A stretch of 64,000 bases of DNA from contig JAMXLJ010000157.1 in assembly GCA_024281095.1 (NCBI GenBank), forward strand, positions 20,183-84,182, read 5' to 3'. Positions 35,720 through 45,871 of the stretch are shown in pieces. The notes beneath the pieces were generated by a model, which was given only the letters and a program-made list of their open reading frames with translations, was not told the DNA's origin and ran no database searches. Origin of the DNA: Acidimicrobiia bacterium. Its GTDB lineage: Bacteria; Actinomycetota; Acidimicrobiia; IMCC26256; JAMXLJ01. Position 1 is the stretch's first letter. Each line of letters starts with the position of its first letter. A program made the translations under genes and the position numbers.

Positions 35720-36676
35720 TCAGTCCGCCGGCGCGGTCACCGACGCCGCACGTGCGTGATAGCTCTCCTGCCACTCCTTCGGCGGCGGGTCCGATCGCTT
35801 CGCGCCGGCGCCGAACATACGCGGGATCTCGTTCACGAGGTCGCCCGCCGTCCACCCGTGGTCATGACGCTCGATCTGCGTGTCGACGTCCCACGAGCGC
35901 ACGTGCTCCACGACCCCGCCGCGCACCTGGAACGTCTGGCCGCTGATCCAACCCGCGGCGGGTGACGCGAGGTACGCGACGAACTCGGCGACGTGGTTCG
36001 GGTCGGTGGGATCGAAGGACGTCTCCCGTTCGCGTGAGCGGTCGATCCGCCATCCGAGCGTCGCGAGCCGCGTCCGGCCCGACGGCATCACCGCGTTGGC
36101 GGTCACGCCGTACGGTGCCATCTCGGTGGCGATCGCCTCGGTGAACGCGACGACGCCGGCCTTCGCCGCGACGTAGTTCGACTGGCCGGCGCCGCCGTAG
36201 AGCAGCAACCCCGTGGACGTGTTGATCACACGGCCGTTCCTCGGCCGTCCCGCCTTGGCCTCGTTGCGCCACCACTGGCACGCGGGCCTGGAGACGCAGA
36301 ACGCGCCGGTGAGGTGCACGCGCACCACCGCGTCCCACTCGTCGTCGCCCATGTTGAAGACCATGTGCGGCCGGCCGAAGCCCGCGTTGTTCACGACGAC
36401 GTCGATTCGGCCCCATTCGTCGAGTGCGGCCTGCACCGCAGCCGCGCCGCCCGCCGGCGACGAGATGTCATGGGTGTCGACGATGGCGGTGCCGCCTGCG
36501 TCGCGGATGGTCGCCACGACTTCTGCTGCCGGTGTGTCGTCGGTGCCGGTGCCGTCGGTTGCGACCCCGAGGTCGTTGACGACCACCGATGCGCCGTACG
36601 CGGCGAGCCGGATCGCCTCGGCCCGTCCGATGCCGCGCCCGGCACCTGTGACCAGCGCGACCTTGCCGTCGAGCAT
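35720..36676 (-). CDS. long SDR, Hsd4A-like
   Basis: MLDGKVALVTGAGRGIGRAEAIRLAAYGASVVVNDLG..., 318 aa. Its ATG overlaps the fadD stop (TGATG). Confidence 0.8.
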   Translation of the reverse strand: MLDGKVALVTGAGRGIGRAEAIRLAAYGASVVVNDLGVATDGTGTDDTPAAEVVATIRDAGGTAIVDTHDISSPAGGAAAVQAALDEWGRIDVVVNNAGFGRPHMVFNMGDDEWDAVVRVHLTGAFCVSRPACQWWRNEAKAGRPRNGRVINTSTGLLLYGGAGQSNYVAAKAGVVAFTEAIATEMAPYGVTANAVMPSGRTRLATLGWRIDRSRERETSFDPTDPNHVAEFVAYLASPAAGWISGQTFQVRGGVVEHVRSWDVDTQIERHDHGWTAGDLVNEIPRMFGAGAKRSDPPPKEWQESYHARAASVTAPAD

Positions 36677-38340
36677 CACACTGCTTCGAGCACGTCGGCC
36701 CGCCCGCGCTGCCGGAACTCTGCCCGCAGCGTGTCGAGGTCGCGCCCCGTCATCAGCTTGTACCCGGCCCGCTTGTCCGGCCGCCACCAGACGTCGTCGG
36801 TGGTCTCCCACCGTTCGCGGCGTAGGGCCCGCTTCAACACCTTGCTCGTCTCCGTGACCGGCAACGCGTCGGTGATCCTCACGAAGCGCGGGCTCCACTT
36901 CGTGCCGAGATCGGTCTGTTCCGTGAGGAAGTCGTCGAATTCTTCGGCGTCGAACGTCGCTCCGGGGCGCAGTTGCAGCGCGGCCATGACCTCGTCGCCG
37001 ACGTCGACGGCCGGCACCGCGTACACCGCGGCGAGCACGACGTCGGGATGGCGACTGATGATGCGCTCGATCGGTGCGGTCGCGAAGTTCTCGCCGTCGA
37101 CGCGGATCCATTCGAAGTCGCGCCCGGCGAAGTAGAACCAGCCCGCCTCGTCGCGGTAGGCGAGGTCGCCGGTCCAGTAGTAGCCGTCGCGAAGACGCGC
37201 CGCGTTGGCCTCGTCGTTCCTCCAGTAGCCCTCGAATCCCGTTGCACCCAGTTTGTTGACGAGCTCGCCGATCGCTTCGTCGGGGTTCAGCAGATGTCCC
37301 TGGTCGTCGAACCTCGCCGGCGCGCACTCTTCGCCGGTCTCGGGATTGAGCACGACGGTGCCCTCCGGAGCCCGCCCGAGCGCGCCCGGAGGCTGGTCGG
37401 GCTGGCGTTGCACCATCGCCCCACCCTCGGTGCTGCCGTAGTTGTCGATGACGACGGTGTTGAACCGTTCGCGGAAGCGCTCGAGGTCGCGTTCCGCGCC
37501 CTCGTTGCCGAAGACGATGCGCAGCGTGTTGTCGCCGTCGTCGGGCTGCTCGGGCGTGGCGAGGATGTACGAGAGCGGCTTTCCCACGTAGTTGAAGTAC
37601 GTGACGTTGTACTTGCGTACGTCGGGGAGGAAGCCGGATGCAGAGAATTTCCGGCGCAGGGCCACCGTGACGCCGTTCGCGATGGCCGCGGCCCAGCCCG
37701 CCATGAGCGCGTTGGAGTGGAACAACGGCATCACTTCGTAGACGACGTCGTCGGCCCCGAGGTCGTATCCCTGGGCCACGTACGTTCCGATACGGGCCAG
37801 GCGGCCCTGCGTGCAGATACAGGCCTTGGGAGCACCGGACGTGCCCGACGTGAACAGCAACACGTAGAGGTCGGCCGGCCCGGCGCGCTCGGCGGGTATC
37901 CGGGCTCCACGGTGCGCCTCCAGCAGTGCTTCGTATTCAGGTGAGTCGACGACGAGGATGCGGTCCTCGTCGACACCGAGGTCGAGGCCGTCGAGGAGCG
38001 GTCGGTGACGCGACTCGGTGACGATGAGTTGGCAATCCGTGTGCCGGATGTCGCGCGCGAGCTCGGCACCACGGCGCGTCGGATTGATCCCGACGATGGT
38101 CGATCGTCCGAACGCGGCCGCGCCGTACCACATCGGGAACTCCGGGATGTTGTCGAGCAGCACGCCGATGTGAAACGGGCCGTCGCGGCGCAACGACGCG
38201 GCGAGCGACGCGCGCGCCGCGGCCGCTTCGACGAGCTGCGCGTACGTGTACGACTCGTCCTCGAACAGCATCGCGGTGTGCGAGTCGCCGGCGCGCCGCG
38301 CGAAGAGCTCGTACATCGTGGGAAGAGGGGGAGCGCTCAT
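36676..38340 (-). CDS. AMP-dependent acyl-CoA synthetase (FadD-like)
   Basis: 554 aa. AMP-binding motif LLFTSGTSGAPK, later YWTGDLAY and a C-terminal TETSKVLK. Confidence 0.85.
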   Translation of the reverse strand: MSAPPLPTMYELFARRAGDSHTAMLFEDESYTYAQLVEAAAARASLAASLRRDGPFHIGVLLDNIPEFPMWYGAAAFGRSTIVGINPTRRGAELARDIRHTDCQLIVTESRHRPLLDGLDLGVDEDRILVVDSPEYEALLEAHRGARIPAERAGPADLYVLLFTSGTSGAPKACICTQGRLARIGTYVAQGYDLGADDVVYEVMPLFHSNALMAGWAAAIANGVTVALRRKFSASGFLPDVRKYNVTYFNYVGKPLSYILATPEQPDDGDNTLRIVFGNEGAERDLERFRERFNTVVIDNYGSTEGGAMVQRQPDQPPGALGRAPEGTVVLNPETGEECAPARFDDQGHLLNPDEAIGELVNKLGATGFEGYWRNDEANAARLRDGYYWTGDLAYRDEAGWFYFAGRDFEWIRVDGENFATAPIERIISRHPDVVLAAVYAVPAVDVGDEVMAALQLRPGATFDAEEFDDFLTEQTDLGTKWSPRFVRITDALPVTETSKVLKRALRRERWETTDDVWWRPDKRAGYKLMTGRDLDTLRAEFRQRGRADVLEAV

Positions 38341-39281
38341 GCGTTGTAGGCGAGGGTCAGACCCGGTCGAGGCCACTCGAACGACACCAGGCGTCCTGTG
38401 CCCGACAGCGTCGCGTACGCGGTGCACATGTCGGGGCCTCCGAAGCAGACGTTCGTGGTGAGCGGATCGGGCAGCGGCGTGTACGCCACGGACTCGCGCT
38501 CGTCGTTGATCGCGCAGAGCCCGTCGGGGAGGGCGGCGACCACGACCGTGCCGTCGGCTTCGACTGCGAGCGAGTCGAAATGCGACCGCGTCGCCGCGAC
38601 GCACCGGCCGCCGTGCCCGCCGCCGTGGCTTCGGATGGTGCCGGGGCCGTCGAGGTCCCAGGCGATGAGGCGACCGGTGTAGCTCTCGGCCACGTAGACC
38701 CGGTCGCCCGACGGCGAGAGGCCCACGCCGTTCGGCCCCCACAGCGGGAACGCCACCTCGACGATGGACGCGCCGTCGGGCCGCGCGTAGTAGAGCCCGC
38801 CGCGGTCGACCTCGCGGGCCCGGGTCTTGCCCAGATCGGTGAACCAGAACCCGCCCGTGTCGTCGAAGACGATGTCGTTGGGGCTGCGAAGCCGATGACC
38901 GTCGCACTCGCGGTAGAGGACCGTCGAGTTCCCGGTGTCGAGGTCGACCCGCTCGATCCATCCTCCGCCGAAGCGCGGCGGCTCGTTGCTGCCGGTCTTC
39001 AGGTCGAGCGGAATGTGGAGGTCACCGAGCCGGGTCCACGTGAACCCGCCGTTGTTGCACACGTAGATCGCGCCGTCGGGTCCGACCGCGGCACCGTTGG
39101 GACCGCCGCCGAGCTCGGCCACCACCTCGACCTTGCCCTCGGGAGTCACCCTGCTCAGCGTGCCCCGCCGGATCTCGACGAGGATCACCGATCCGTCGGC
39201 CATGGCGACGGGACCCTCCGGGAACTGCAGGCCGCTGCAAACCTCGGTGATCGTGACGCGCTCGCCGCTCTCGATGCTCAT
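38337..39281 (-). CDS. SMP-30/gluconolactonase/LRE family protein
   Basis: 314 aa beta-propeller pattern with ...GLQFPEGPVAMADGSVILVE...GGPNGAAVGPDG...PNDIVFDDTGGFWFTD.... Confidence 0.8.
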   Translation of the reverse strand: MSIESGERVTITEVCSGLQFPEGPVAMADGSVILVEIRRGTLSRVTPEGKVEVVAELGGGPNGAAVGPDGAIYVCNNGGFTWTRLGDLHIPLDLKTGSNEPPRFGGGWIERVDLDTGNSTVLYRECDGHRLRSPNDIVFDDTGGFWFTDLGKTRAREVDRGGLYYARPDGASIVEVAFPLWGPNGVGLSPSGDRVYVAESYTGRLIAWDLDGPGTIRSHGGGHGGRCVAATRSHFDSLAVEADGTVVVAALPDGLCAINDERESVAYTPLPDPLTTNVCFGGPDMCTAYATLSGTGRLVSFEWPRPGLTLAYNA

Positions 39282-39388
39282 GCCGCTGTTCTACAGCAGC
39301 CGCCCCGCCGCGCGCCCGCGTGCGTCGGCGCAACGGTACATACCACGCGGCCATACGCTGTCGTCATGTGCTCGAACGGTCGGTTCGT

Positions 39389-40324
39389 ATGAAGGTGTTG
39401 TGCCAGGTCGGTGAGCAGATCGCCGGCACGGTCGAGGCCGCAGTCCCTTCGGCGGAGGTCGTCGTCGTTCCGGGGGACGGTCCCGTGGCCGGCGACGTGC
39501 AGGGCGAAGTGCTCCTCACGACGGCAATGGGAAGCCCCAACCTCGCCTCGGTGCTCGAGCGGGGGGTTCGGTGGGTGCAGACCCTCGGTACGGGCGTCGA
39601 CGCCTTCCCCCTCGAGCTCGTCGGCGACCGCATCCTCACGTGCTCGCGTGGTGCGAGTGCCGTCCCGATCTCCGAATGGGTGCTCGCGACGATGCTCGCC
39701 TTCGAGAAGCGCCTCCCGGACACGTGGATCGAGCAGAAACCGCAGACGTGGAACTTCCCGGCGGGAGGCTCGCTCGGCGCATTGCACGGGCGCACGCTCG
39801 CGCTCGTCGGACTGGGCGGCATCGGTACCGCCGTCGCGCAGCGCGCGCTGCCCTTCGGCATGCGCGTGAAAGCACTCCGTCGCTCTGACGCGCCGTCCCC
39901 ATCTGCGGACGTCGCGATCGTGCGTTCGCTGCCCGAAGTTCTCCGCGATGCCGATCATGTCGTCATCACGGCACCGGCGACACCCGAGACACGCAACCTC
40001 CTCGATGCTTCCGCGTTCTCGGTCATGAAGCCCGGCGTGCATCTCGTGAACATCGCCAGGGGCACACTTGTCGACCAGGAGGCTCTGCGCGAGGCGCTCG
40101 ACCGGGACATCGTCGCGATGGCGTCGCTCGACACCGTGACGCCGGAACCGCTCCCGGAAGGCCACTGGATGTACGGACATCCGAAGGTTCGGCTGAGCCC
40201 GCACGTCTCGTGGAGCATGCCCGATGCACTCGACGCCCTCGTCGACGTGTTCATCGAGAATCTCGGGCGTTACGAGCGGGGCGAACCGCTGCTCGGCCTG
40301 GTCGACGTCGCCGCGGGGTACTGA
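39389..40324 (+). CDS. D-isomer-specific 2-hydroxyacid dehydrogenase family protein
   Basis: NAD-binding site LVGLGGIGTAVA, then ...NIARGTLVDQEAL.... Confidence 0.8.
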   Translation: MKVLCQVGEQIAGTVEAAVPSAEVVVVPGDGPVAGDVQGEVLLTTAMGSPNLASVLERGVRWVQTLGTGVDAFPLELVGDRILTCSRGASAVPISEWVLATMLAFEKRLPDTWIEQKPQTWNFPAGGSLGALHGRTLALVGLGGIGTAVAQRALPFGMRVKALRRSDAPSPSADVAIVRSLPEVLRDADHVVITAPATPETRNLLDASAFSVMKPGVHLVNIARGTLVDQEALREALDRDIVAMASLDTVTPEPLPEGHWMYGHPKVRLSPHVSWSMPDALDALVDVFIENLGRYERGEPLLGLVDVAAGY

Positions 40325-40381
40325 CGCGCCCGAGCGAGGTCACCCTGGCTGATCGAGCCGCAACGGAATAGCGTCCGCCCT

Positions 40382-41464
40382 ATGAAGGCTGCGATTCTCG
40401 AGCACATTCCGGGCGAGCTCGTCGTCGACGACGTCGAGCTCGCGCCACTCGGCTCACGCGAGATCCTCGTGCGCACGGTCGCGGCGGGCCTGTGCCATTC
40501 CGATCTCCATTTCATGGAAGGCAAGTACCCGTGCCCCACGCCCGCGGTGCTCGGTCACGAGTCGGCCGGCGTCGTCGAAGCGGTCGGCTCAGAAGTCTCG
40601 TACGTGCAACCGGGTGACCACGTCATCACCTGCATCAGCGGCTTCTGCGGGGCGTGTGCATGGTGCCTGTCGGGCCGGCCGAACTTGTGCGATCGGGCCG
40701 GGCTGGCGCGCGATGCCGGAGCTACCGCGCGGCTTCGGCGAGGCGGCGAGGACGTGTTCCAGTTCGCCGACCTGTCGAGCTTCGCCGAGCAACTCCTCGT
40801 GCACGAGAACATGGTTGTGAAGGTCCGTCCCGAGATGCCGCTCGACAAGGCCGCGCTCATCGGCTGCGGGGTCACGACCGGCGTCGGCGCGGTGATCAAC
40901 ACTGCGAAGGTGCGCCCGGGGCAGAGCGTCGCCGTCGTCGGCTGTGGCGGGATCGGGCTGAACGCGATTCAGGCCGCCGCGATCGTCGGTGCGGGTCGCA
41001 TCATCGCGGTCGACCGGGTTGCGTCGAAACTGGCCATGGCCGAGGCGTTCGGCGCGACCGACGTCGTCGACGCGTCGGCGACCGATCCGATCCTGGCTGT
41101 GCTCGAGCTCACGGGTGGCGGCGTCGACCATGCGTTCGAGGCGATCGGCTTGAAGGCCACGGCCGAGCAAGCCTTCGGCATGTTGGGCAAGGGCGGCACC
41201 GCCACCGTGATCGGCATGGTGCCGCTCGGCGAGAAGGTCGAGGTCGACGGGTTCCAGCTCTTGCTCGAGAAGCGCCTGCAGGGCACGAACATGGGGTCGA
41301 ACCGCTTTCGTGTCGACATGCCCCTCTACGTCGAGTGGTATCTCGCCGGGAAGCTGAAGCTCGACGAGCTCGTGAGCGCGACCATGCCGCTCGAGAAGAT
41401 CAACGATGGCTTCGCCACGTTGCGAAGTGGCGAGGTCGCGAGGCAGCTCGTCACGTTCGACTGA
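40382..41464 (+). CDS. zinc-dependent alcohol dehydrogenase (MDR family)
   Basis: 360 aa with GLCHSDLH, GHESAGVVEAVG, structural-Zn cysteines CGACAWC and VVGCGGIG. Confidence 0.85.
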   Translation: MKAAILEHIPGELVVDDVELAPLGSREILVRTVAAGLCHSDLHFMEGKYPCPTPAVLGHESAGVVEAVGSEVSYVQPGDHVITCISGFCGACAWCLSGRPNLCDRAGLARDAGATARLRRGGEDVFQFADLSSFAEQLLVHENMVVKVRPEMPLDKAALIGCGVTTGVGAVINTAKVRPGQSVAVVGCGGIGLNAIQAAAIVGAGRIIAVDRVASKLAMAEAFGATDVVDASATDPILAVLELTGGGVDHAFEAIGLKATAEQAFGMLGKGGTATVIGMVPLGEKVEVDGFQLLLEKRLQGTNMGSNRFRVDMPLYVEWYLAGKLKLDELVSATMPLEKINDGFATLRSGEVARQLVTFD

Positions 41465-41473
41465 CCGCTCCGA

Positions 41474-43819
41474 TCACAACCCGACGGGACGCTCGCCGAT
41501 CACCGCGTTCGCGCGCAGTCGTTCGAGATCGTCGTCGGTGAGGTCGAGCAGCTCGCGCAACACTTCGTCGTTGTGCTGCCCGACCGTCGGTGCCGGCCGG
41601 CGCAGCCAGGCGGCGTCGCCGCGGCTCGCGAAGCGGAACGGCACCGACGGCAGCTCATGACGCCCGACCACGGGATGGTCGAGGCTCTCGAACAGCCGCT
41701 GGTGGCGCAGCTGCGGGTGACGAGCGATCTCGCGCGGGTTCACGACTCTCGCAGCGGGCACCCCGGCCGCGACGAGCGCGTCCACCAGGTCGTCGACGGG
41801 CCGGCTCGCGCACCACGAGGCCAGCTCCGCATCGATCGCGTCGTGTGCGGCTCGGCGCCCGGCTTCCGTCTCGAGCGCAGGGTCGCGCGACCACGTGGGC
41901 GCGCTCAGCACGCTCCGCAGCGACCGCCAGTGCTCGTCGGTTGCGACCGCCAGCGCGAGCCACTCCTCTTCGCCCGCGCACGCGTAGAGGTTCTGCGGCG
42001 CGGCCGCGGGGCCGCGGTTTCCGTTGCGGCCGAGCAAGACGCCGTACGCGCTGTGCTCGAGCACCTGCTCGGCGGCGACGTTGAGGGCGGCCTCGACCAT
42101 GGTGACCTCGACGAGGCGGCCTTCGCCGTCGCGTTCGCGTTGTTCCAGCGCGAACAGCAGCGCCAGCACCGCGTGCATGCCGGCGAGCGGGTCGCACGCG
42201 CCTCTTGGGATGAGCGGCGGCCCGTCGCGAAGGCCGGTGACCCAGGCCATCCCGCTGATCTGCTCCATCGTCTGCGCGAACCCGGGCCGGTCCCGCCAGG
42301 GGCCGTCGAGCCCGAAGCCGGGCAGACGGACCATGACGGCCGACGGATTGACGGCGTGGACCGCTTCCCACGTGAGGCCGAAGTTCTCGATCACCCGCGG
42401 CGTGAAGTTCTCGATCACGGCGTCGGACACGGCGATCAAGCGGCGAGCGAGGTCGAGACCCTCCGGGTTGTTCATGTCGAGGGTGATGGCGCGCTTGTTC
42501 GCGTTCGCGCCGTGGAAAACCGGGCCCCACTCCCACCACTGGTCGACGGTCGGTGGACGTGTCGTCGCGAACCGCATCCCGTCCGGGCGCTGGATCGACT
42601 CGATCTTGACGATGTCGGCCCCGAGTGCCGAGAGCATGTGCGTCGCGGCGGGGCCGGCCCAGAAGGCGGTGAAATCGACGATGCGAACGCCGTCGAGCGG
42701 CAGGCGACGCGGGGCAGCACCGTCGTGAGAGCCGTGATCACGCGCCGCCCAATCCACCGCGCCACTGTGCTCCCCGAGCGAGGGCGACGGCCCGAACGGA
42801 CGCGACGGCGATCCACCGATCTTGTACGGCACGCGTGGCTGGACGAAGTCGCGATCGGGATGCGGCACGAACGTGCCCCGCTTCACGAAGTGGTCGAAGG
42901 CGGTGACCGACTCGCCGTTGCCGATCAACGCGACGGGGATCCGCATCAGCGACGCGAGATCGATGATCTCGTCGGTCGTGTGCTTGGTGGTCCACTCGTG
43001 GATGATCTCGAGCGCCTCGTGCATGCGTCGCGTGCGTCCGAGGTGCGACGCGAAGTCCGTGTCGTCGAGGAGGTCGGCCCGCTCGATGAGCACGAGGAAG
43101 TCGCGGAACTGCTGGCCCGTGATGGTGCAGAAGCCGACGTAGCCGTCGGCGGTCGGCTCGATCGAGGGGATCTCGATCGTGCGCGCCGGACCGCGCATCT
43201 CCGGCCAGCCGAGGAACTCGGCGAACACCGTCGTGTACGTGTTCATCGTGACCGACATGCACGCCAGCATCGCCACGTCCACGTGTTCGCCGATGCCGTC
43301 GCGCCGGGCACCGCGCAGCGCAGCCACGGCGCCGACCGCGGCGTACGTGCCGCTGACCCATTCGCCGATGCGGCCGCCGGCGTGCAGCGGCGGCCCGTCG
43401 GGACGCCCGCGCGCTCCGGTGGACCCGCACTCGGCCTGCAGCGTGAACTCGGTAGCAGGACGCTGCGCGTACGGGCCCCATCGACCGTAGGGGGTGATCG
43501 ACACCACGACGAGGTGGGGGAACCGTTCCCGCACATCGACGACGTCGAGGTCGCCGCTCTCCACGACGATGTCGGCGCCGGCGAGGAGCGCGTCGCGTTG
43601 GTCGAGGCCGACGACGGAACGCTTCGAGGTGTGCAGGAACCGGAACAACGCGCCGTCCTCGTCACCGAGGTCCTGGTGCGACGCGGTCCACCGGCGCAAC
43701 TGCTCGCCCGCTTCAGGCTCGGCCTTGACGACGTCGGCGCCCGCGTCTGCGAGCAGCTTCGTGCAATACGCGGGTGGAATCCCGCTGCCGCAGTCGAGGA
43801 CGCGCACCGAGTCGAGCAT
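41474..43819 (-). CDS. tandem (duplicated) class III CoA-transferase fusion protein
   Basis: 781 aa with two CaiB/BaiF N-terminal signatures: VRVLDCGSGIPPAYCTKLLADAGADVVKAEP, and about 390 aa later VRIVDFTAFWAGPAATHMLSALGADIVKIES. Confidence 0.8.
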   Translation of the reverse strand: MLDSVRVLDCGSGIPPAYCTKLLADAGADVVKAEPEAGEQLRRWTASHQDLGDEDGALFRFLHTSKRSVVGLDQRDALLAGADIVVESGDLDVVDVRERFPHLVVVSITPYGRWGPYAQRPATEFTLQAECGSTGARGRPDGPPLHAGGRIGEWVSGTYAAVGAVAALRGARRDGIGEHVDVAMLACMSVTMNTYTTVFAEFLGWPEMRGPARTIEIPSIEPTADGYVGFCTITGQQFRDFLVLIERADLLDDTDFASHLGRTRRMHEALEIIHEWTTKHTTDEIIDLASLMRIPVALIGNGESVTAFDHFVKRGTFVPHPDRDFVQPRVPYKIGGSPSRPFGPSPSLGEHSGAVDWAARDHGSHDGAAPRRLPLDGVRIVDFTAFWAGPAATHMLSALGADIVKIESIQRPDGMRFATTRPPTVDQWWEWGPVFHGANANKRAITLDMNNPEGLDLARRLIAVSDAVIENFTPRVIENFGLTWEAVHAVNPSAVMVRLPGFGLDGPWRDRPGFAQTMEQISGMAWVTGLRDGPPLIPRGACDPLAGMHAVLALLFALEQRERDGEGRLVEVTMVEAALNVAAEQVLEHSAYGVLLGRNGNRGPAAAPQNLYACAGEEEWLALAVATDEHWRSLRSVLSAPTWSRDPALETEAGRRAAHDAIDAELASWCASRPVDDLVDALVAAGVPAARVVNPREIARHPQLRHQRLFESLDHPVVGRHELPSVPFRFASRGDAAWLRRPAPTVGQHNDEVLRELLDLTDDDLERLRANAVIGERPVGL

Positions 43820-43831
43820 CGCGTGCAGACC

Positions 43832-44656
43832 TTACGGGACGGCGCGCTCGCTGCCGTCGAGGTTCTTCACCGGTCGCGCGATTTCGTCGAGGAACGTTTG
43901 CGACAGCACCACCCGGCCGCTGAGCGCGCCGGGCTCACACGTGGCCAGGGCGAGCACCGCCTCGACCAGGACCTCGACCGGCTCGACCAGGTCGGGGCGG
44001 GCGTCCATCAACTCCCCGACGAGGGCCTGCGCGCCGGGCGTGCGCACCGCCGCCACGGGAGCGACGCTGTTGACCGCGATGCCGTCGGCGTAGGTCTCCG
44101 CCGCGAGCCCGGTGGTGAACCGTTCGAGGGCCGCCTTCGACGCGCCGTACATCGTCGCCGCCGCCGTGGGCGGCAAGGCGACGCCTGCCTTCGGATGGCG
44201 TGACGTGACGCTGCTGACGTTGACGATCCAGCCGCGATGCTCACGTCGCATCCGCGGCAGGACCGCGAGGCAGAGGTCGACCGGTGCGTGGACGTTCAAC
44301 TCGAACAACAGCCGGCGCCGCTTCTGCGGGAAGTCGTCGATCGGCAGGTAGAACGCGGCGGCGGCATTGTTGACGAGTACGTCGACCGGCCCGAGCGCGG
44401 CCTCCACCTGCGGCACGATCTCGGCTCGGGCCTCCGTATCGGCGAGGTCGGCCGCGATCGCGGTGGCGCGGCCCCCGCCTCGTTCGATCGCGGCCACCGT
44501 CTCGTGGAGCGACCCCGGAAGCCGCAGATGCTCGTCGAGCGTGCGGGCCGTCACCGCGACCGCCGCGCCTTCGGCCGCGAACCGGGTTGCGATCGCGGCG
44601 CCGATTCCCCGGCTCGCGCCCGTGACGAGCGCGACCTTCCCGTCGAGTGCGCCCAC
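43832..44656 (-). CDS. SDR family oxidoreductase
   Basis: GTG44656 gives VGALDGKVALVTGASRGIGAAIA..., with YGASK. The upstream part of ORF 43832..45070 overlaps the LLM gene. Confidence 0.8.
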   Translation of the reverse strand: MGALDGKVALVTGASRGIGAAIATRFAAEGAAVAVTARTLDEHLRLPGSLHETVAAIERGGGRATAIAADLADTEARAEIVPQVEAALGPVDVLVNNAAAAFYLPIDDFPQKRRRLLFELNVHAPVDLCLAVLPRMRREHRGWIVNVSSVTSRHPKAGVALPPTAAATMYGASKAALERFTTGLAAETYADGIAVNSVAPVAAVRTPGAQALVGELMDARPDLVEPVEVLVEAVLALATCEPGALSGRVVLSQTFLDEIARPVKNLDGSERAVP

Positions 44657-44664
44657 GGCGGCGT

Positions 44665-45807
44665 CTACGCGTACTGCTTCGCGAGGTGCTGTTCGCGCTG
44701 GCGCGTCGTGCTGTGCACGGGATCCTTGTCGTAGTTGGGCAGCACCTGCGCGCCGAACGTCTCGACGGCCTCCACCGCGATCTCGATGGGCATCGTCGTC
44801 GACAACATGCCGAACACCAATTGGTCCGCACCCGCGTCGACGTAGCCCTGCACCGACGCGTTGACCTCTTCCGGTGTGCCGATGCACACGAGGCCGGCCT
44901 TGATGCTCGCGTCGAGTCCGTCGGGCGTCGGCTCCGGAATGAGGTCGGGCCACGTCGGGACGCCGGGCGGCTTCGGGAACGTGTCGAGGTAACGGAAGAC
45001 CAGGCTGTTCTGGTAACCCGACGTCATGTTGCAGGCGATCTCGCGCGCTTTCTGGCCGTCTTCGAGGCACAGCATCTGGCTCGTGACCATGACATTGTTG
45101 TTGACGTACTCACCCACGGGATCGGCGTTCTCGATCTCGGTCTTGTAGACCTCGATCAGCTTCTTCAGCGAGTCGGGTGATCCCATCGTGAAGCACAGCA
45201 CGCCGAGACCCATCCGGGCCGCCTTCTGGAAGGTGCCCGGATTGCCCGCCGCGATCCACATGGGCGGGTGCGGCTTGGTGTACGGCTTCGGCAGCACGTT
45301 GCGCGGCGGCATCGAGAAGAAGCGGCCCTCGAAGCTGTAGTCGGTCTCGCTCCACATGCGTTTGAACTGGGGGAGCACCTCGTCCACCATCTCCTTGGTG
45401 AGCTCCGGGTCCTCGATGCCGAAGCCGCGTTGCTCGGTGGTCGACGAGCCGCGTCCGACTCCGAACTCGAAGCGGCCGCCGCTGAGATGGTCGAGCATCG
45501 CGACGCGCTCCGCGACACGCGCGGGCGGGTTCACCGGCGGCGTGATGTTGATGATCCCCGAGCCGATGTGGATCCGGTTCGTGACGCCGGCGGCGTATGC
45601 CATGAACGACTCGTTGGCCGACAGGTGCGAGTACTCCTCGAGGAAGTGGTGCTCGGTGGCCCACGAGTACTTGAAGCCCGACCGGTCGGCGGCCTTCGTC
45701 CACTCGATCTCGTCCATCAGACGGTTGTGCTCGGCGTGCTCGGGATCCTTGTCGCGCAGCTGATGCGGCAAGTAGAGGCTGTTGAAGATCCCGAACTCCA
45801 TGGTCAT
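44665..45807 (-). CDS. LLM-class flavin/F420-dependent oxidoreductase
   Basis: 380 aa with ...FKYSWATEHHFLEEYSHLSANE.... Paralog of 13641..14741. Confidence 0.8.
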   Translation of the reverse strand: MTMEFGIFNSLYLPHQLRDKDPEHAEHNRLMDEIEWTKAADRSGFKYSWATEHHFLEEYSHLSANESFMAYAAGVTNRIHIGSGIINITPPVNPPARVAERVAMLDHLSGGRFEFGVGRGSSTTEQRGFGIEDPELTKEMVDEVLPQFKRMWSETDYSFEGRFFSMPPRNVLPKPYTKPHPPMWIAAGNPGTFQKAARMGLGVLCFTMGSPDSLKKLIEVYKTEIENADPVGEYVNNNVMVTSQMLCLEDGQKAREIACNMTSGYQNSLVFRYLDTFPKPPGVPTWPDLIPEPTPDGLDASIKAGLVCIGTPEEVNASVQGYVDAGADQLVFGMLSTTMPIEIAVEAVETFGAQVLPNYDKDPVHSTTRQREQHLAKQYA

Positions 45808-45871
45808 CCCCCTGACGGCGTGTCAGAGGAACGTACCGGCCCCGTCCGGATTGCCGCAACGCTGAGGGGCA

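Noticed and set aside
39373-39387. CGAAC-N5-GTTCG inverted repeat before the 2-hydroxyacid dehydrogenase start, similar in flavour to the GCGAACA...GGTTTCGC elements at 29810 and 29968
   Set aside because: The arms are only 5 bp and the spacing differs from the KstR box (N2). This is too weak to call a shared operator.
41573-44203. 876-aa plus-strand ORF
   Set aside because: It is antisense to the double CoA-transferase and an SDR, and its translation is Arg/Gly/Asp-rich with no motifs. The same reasoning rejects 8214..9995 (-), 14779..16830 (-), 16713..18362 (-), 20510..22249 (-) and 54745..56400 (+).
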